Origin: Candidatus Thorarchaeota archaeon | GTDB lineage: Archaea; Asgardarchaeota; Thorarchaeia; Thorarchaeales; Thorarchaeaceae | Assembly: GCA_003345545.1 (NCBI GenBank) | Contig: PRDH01000034.1 | Coordinates: 1-24,018 of the forward strand | Reading direction: 5' to 3' | Length of the DNA stretch: 24,018 nucleotides | Part shown: piece after piece, positions 21,235 through 24,018 of the stretch | Layout of the letters: each line of letters opens with the position of its first letter | Position numbering within the stretch: position 1 is the first letter of the stretch | Translations under genes and position numbers: made by a program | Notes under the pieces: generated by a model | Told to the model about the DNA's origin: nothing | The model's database searches: none | Seen by the model: only the letters and a program-made list of their open reading frames with translations

Positions 21235-21930
21235 ATGAGAGGGGAATCACATCTGATAGCTTCATTCATGATTAGTCTGCCCACTATCTGGGCTCTGTAT
21301 AGTATGGCACCAGACATAATGATTGACGTGATAGGTTATGTCATTGGAGGCGTATTACTGGGTTGCTTACTGCCCGATGTAGATGCTTCAGATGCCAAGG
21401 TGATGCATGGATACTGGAGGCCAATTGGTCTTTTTGGAAAATACTTATTCTATAAACCAATGACGTGGATTTTGAAAACTCGTTCTGATGCATATCGGGA
21501 GCAACACCGCGGATATCTACACTCATTTATTGGTTGTTTTCTCGCAACGATTTTCTTTACGATCCCGATAGCTATCATATTTCTACATTCAACATATGTA
21601 CTGCTTCTTCCCTTAGAAACGACTATTTGGGTTTGGATTGTATGGATTGGATTACCCTTTGGTTTTCTAATGCATTTGGTTGAAGATAGCTTCACAAAGT
21701 CAGGAGTACGATGGATGTTTCCTAACGGCAAAACCTATTCAAGTCAGACGAGCACTGGAAAAAAGAGCGAGTACACTCTTCTCTCAGCATTCATCGTCAC
21801 ATATGGCATTCTCACAGTTATTGTATACATGGCGCCTCCCTCGTTTATTGTTCTATTTGGGGCTATTCTTGGATCCTTGGTTTTGTTGGGTGCGCTTTAT
21901 GCGGCTAATCCGATAATTAGTAGACTTTGA
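21235..21930 (+). CDS. Membrane-bound metal-dependent hydrolase (YdjM/DUF457-like)
   Basis: N-terminal H, LPDVD, HRGYLHS and HLVED motifs with multiple TM segments. Confidence 0.88.
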   Translation: MRGESHLIASFMISLPTIWALYSMAPDIMIDVIGYVIGGVLLGCLLPDVDASDAKVMHGYWRPIGLFGKYLFYKPMTWILKTRSDAYREQHRGYLHSFIGCFLATIFFTIPIAIIFLHSTYVLLLPLETTIWVWIVWIGLPFGFLMHLVEDSFTKSGVRWMFPNGKTYSSQTSTGKKSEYTLLSAFIVTYGILTVIVYMAPPSFIVLFGAILGSLVLLGALYAANPIISRL

Positions 21931-21954
21931 AAGTAGACTGGTGCCAAGCAAAAA

Positions 21955-21997
21955 TGACCGGAAATAGAACTGTAGAAAGTGCTACTTTTCCGGGTCA
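21955..21997. repeat. Imperfect inverted repeat just before repeat copy 3
   Basis: TGACCGGAAATAGAAC-loop-GTGCTACTTTTCCGGGTCA. Confidence 0.7.
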
Positions 21998-22003
21998 GTG
22001 AGG

Positions 22004-22136
22004 GTACCAAGCTCCGGCGAGGTATTCAGCTCACCTGTACTAATGTCCGAGGCGTGCAGACTGAAAGTGTGTTCATACAGTACCTAGAGTTGTTTCAGGA
22101 GTTCGTAATGTGCTTCCATCCTCTGATGTCTGTTTT
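22004..22136 (+). repeat. Direct repeat copy 3 (23S 3' end plus full trailer)
   Basis: Offset 1922 from copy 1; differences at 22005, 22024, 22094 and 22132. Confidence 0.95.
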
Positions 22137-22154
22137 CTAATTATCCAACTCTGA

Positions 22155-22367
22155 TTCAGTTTCTACTCATTATCCTTTACTCGCTACTATTATGTCTGTG
22201 CCAACGATACACTAGGTTTGGAAACGCAATCAGGAGTCTATGATAGCCTTCTCATATGAATTACCTGTGCAATCCCTTGTCCGCCGACAATAGTTGTCTT
22301 CTTCCCAGCAGTTGTCGGGTTTTTGATGGTTGTTCTGTTCATAAGATTTCGAAGAAGGTACAAATGA
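22155..22367 (+). pseudogene. C-terminal remnant of a membrane-anchored surface protein
   Basis: One frame reads ...RYYYVCANDTLGLETQSGVYDSLLI*ITCAIPCPPTIVVFFPAVVGFLMVVLFIRFRRRYK*: internal TGA at 22257, TM helix plus basic tail, no obvious start. Confidence 0.5.
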
Positions 22368-22517
22368 GTCAGATGCTTCTTCTGTCGAGTATGAACTAGA
22401 GATTGAAATCGTATGTATGTCGATTTAGCACCTATGGCCAACGTTATCAACAGGCGCTATCTCACTCACCCCCTTGTCCCCCAGGGTTGCGTTTCTTGAC
22501 TAACGGGTGTATATCCA

Positions 22518-23210
22518 ATGAGCAACGGGCTTCTCACAGTCTTCTCAGAGATTGCGAATCAGTATGAGCTAGTGAATCACGTTCTTACGTTTGGCTTGGA
22601 TATTCCTTGGCGGAAGAAAGCCTCGCAGATTGCTGCTGCTGACGGTGGCACATTGTGGTTGGAGGTCTGTAGCGGAACTGGAGAAATGGCAGTCAATCTC
22701 CAGAGGCTCGCCGGTCCCGAAGCAAGAATAGTTCTTACTGATTTTTCTTTTCCCATGATTTCAAGGGCCAGAAGCAAGTCAGAACTTCGGAAGGCGTCTG
22801 TTTCTCTTGCTGACTCCTCCGGACTTCCTTTTTCCGAAAACACATTTGATCTTGTAGTAATCTCATTTGCCACAAGAAACATCACTGGAAATCGTGTGCG
22901 GTTGATGAAGTTTCTGAGAGAATTCTATCGTGTTCTGAAGCCAGGGGGTCGGTTCATCAATCTTGAAACTAGTCAGCCCAAATCAACTCCAATCCGCTTG
23001 GCATCCCACCTATACACGACAAAAGTTGTCAAGACGCTTGGGCGGCTTATCTCGGGATCGAGGACCGGATATGCCTATCTCTCATATTCGGTCACCAGAT
23101 TCTTTGATGCAGATGAGCTGTCCAAGATTCTTCATGAGGTCGGATTCTCGAAAGTCGACTACAAAACGATGACCTTTGGCGTCGTAGCCGTTCACAAAGC
23201 AGTGAAGTAG
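22518..23210 (+). CDS. UbiE/MenG-family SAM-dependent methyltransferase
   Basis: F..IA..YE..NHVLTFGLD..WR, LEVCSGTG, DFS..M, LPF....FD, ISFATRN, RVLKPGG. Confidence 0.9.
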   Translation: MSNGLLTVFSEIANQYELVNHVLTFGLDIPWRKKASQIAAADGGTLWLEVCSGTGEMAVNLQRLAGPEARIVLTDFSFPMISRARSKSELRKASVSLADSSGLPFSENTFDLVVISFATRNITGNRVRLMKFLREFYRVLKPGGRFINLETSQPKSTPIRLASHLYTTKVVKTLGRLISGSRTGYAYLSYSVTRFFDADELSKILHEVGFSKVDYKTMTFGVVAVHKAVK

Positions 23211-23346
23211 CTTCACATGTCTTCCTGAGAGAACATGCAGATGACCAAGAACAGAAGTAGTTGATTCGGGAGTTTTACGCAAAGACAAATCAACGAGAAC
23301 AGCACAGTGTACTGGCAGGTCTTTCCGACTCCGAGGTGAAAGAGGC

Positions 23347-23961
23347 GTGGATGAGGAGCTACTTTCTCGAATACTGTTTCTTGCAATCTATACTGCTTTT
23401 GGTGCGATTCGTCTTGCATACCGAATACCAGCTGCAAGGAGAGAGGGTGGGGAAAAGCATGAACTCCCACGAGCTGCGGCTCTGACACTAACCTTTGGCA
23501 TCCTCGCATACTTTGGGTGCATCATTCTCTATCTGCTCTATCTGCCATGGATTCTCTGGTTCCAGATCTCATTCCTCTCATGGATACGATGGCTTGCAGT
23601 GCCTATCGCAATCCTATGTGTGCCAGCACTGTATTGGACCCATCACATTCTCGGTAAGCAGTATTCTGCTAATCTAGAGATACAGTCAGATCATAAGGTC
23701 GTTACCAACGGACCATATAGTAGGGTTCGTCACCCGATGTACGCAATCTTCATCGTATTCTCTATCGCAATGGCACTACTAACATTGAATCTTCTCATCA
23801 TATTCTTCTCAATTCTCATATCCATCTCGTTCCCCTCTCTCGCCAAACAAGAAGAGCTGATGTTGATTGACACATTTGGTGACGACTATCGTGCATACAT
23901 GAGGAGAACTGGTAGGTTCCTGCCAAAACTCAGGCACATTTCGGAAGAATCTATGAAATGA
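23347..23961 (+). CDS. Isoprenylcysteine carboxyl methyltransferase (ICMT/STE14)-family membrane protein
   Basis: H.VVT.GPY..VRHPMY, EE..L...FG..Y..Y..RT.RFLP; SD GAGGTGA upstream. Confidence 0.88.
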   Translation: MDEELLSRILFLAIYTAFGAIRLAYRIPAARREGGEKHELPRAAALTLTFGILAYFGCIILYLLYLPWILWFQISFLSWIRWLAVPIAILCVPALYWTHHILGKQYSANLEIQSDHKVVTNGPYSRVRHPMYAIFIVFSIAMALLTLNLLIIFFSILISISFPSLAKQEELMLIDTFGDDYRAYMRRTGRFLPKLRHISEESMK

Positions 23962-24018
23962 ATGACCTTGGACCGGTAATGGAAAATGTGCCAGATTGGT
24001 TATGATCTGGATGCGATA

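Larger units (their letters stand above)
20210..22003. mobile_element. Integrase-free islet / two-cassette array inserted at the 23S 3' end
   Basis: Bounded and subdivided by direct repeats of the 23S 3' end; visibly AT-richer than the flanks; accessory cargo; no recombinase ORF inside. Confidence 0.7.

Noticed and set aside
22238-22450. 70-aa minus-strand ORF
   Set aside because: No recognisable features; the opposite strand better explains the region as a TM-anchored gene remnant.

Overview
Archaeal chromosomal window. The 23S rRNA signatures and gene content suggest an Asgard archaeon, possibly Thorarchaeia (inference). Positions 1-16.5 kb hold mostly housekeeping genes: two large tandem Lrp/AsnC-like wHTH proteins, two LLM (Mer-like) oxidoreductases, an AfpA-like flavoprotein, a Mig/MutY glycosylase, a nucleoside phosphorylase, a GNAT, two orphan SPPY-type DNA methyltransferases, a geranylgeranyl reductase, a secreted M28/glutaminyl-cyclase-like protein, a WD40 protein, a possible RuvC-less TnpB-like protein, an MNT-HEPN-like fusion and a bacterial-type RNase PH. 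A stand-alone 23S rRNA gene (about 17.06-20.14 kb, no linked 16S or 5S) has tandem promoters and a canonical bulge-helix-bulge (BHB) processing stem. The main finding is that the 23S 3' end plus its 3' processing trailer occurs three times in direct orientation (20082-20214, 20977-21078, 22004-22136). The copies are separated by small integrase-free cargo units: a HEPN/MNT toxin-antitoxin pair and a membrane hydrolase, followed by a decayed surface-protein fragment. Point differences in the alignable parts of the copies preserve RNA structure, and a shared motif precedes copies 2 and 3. This looks like an rRNA-anchored gene-cassette array. An unannotated small Cys/Pro-tailed peptide ORF with a strong SD lies at the left edge.
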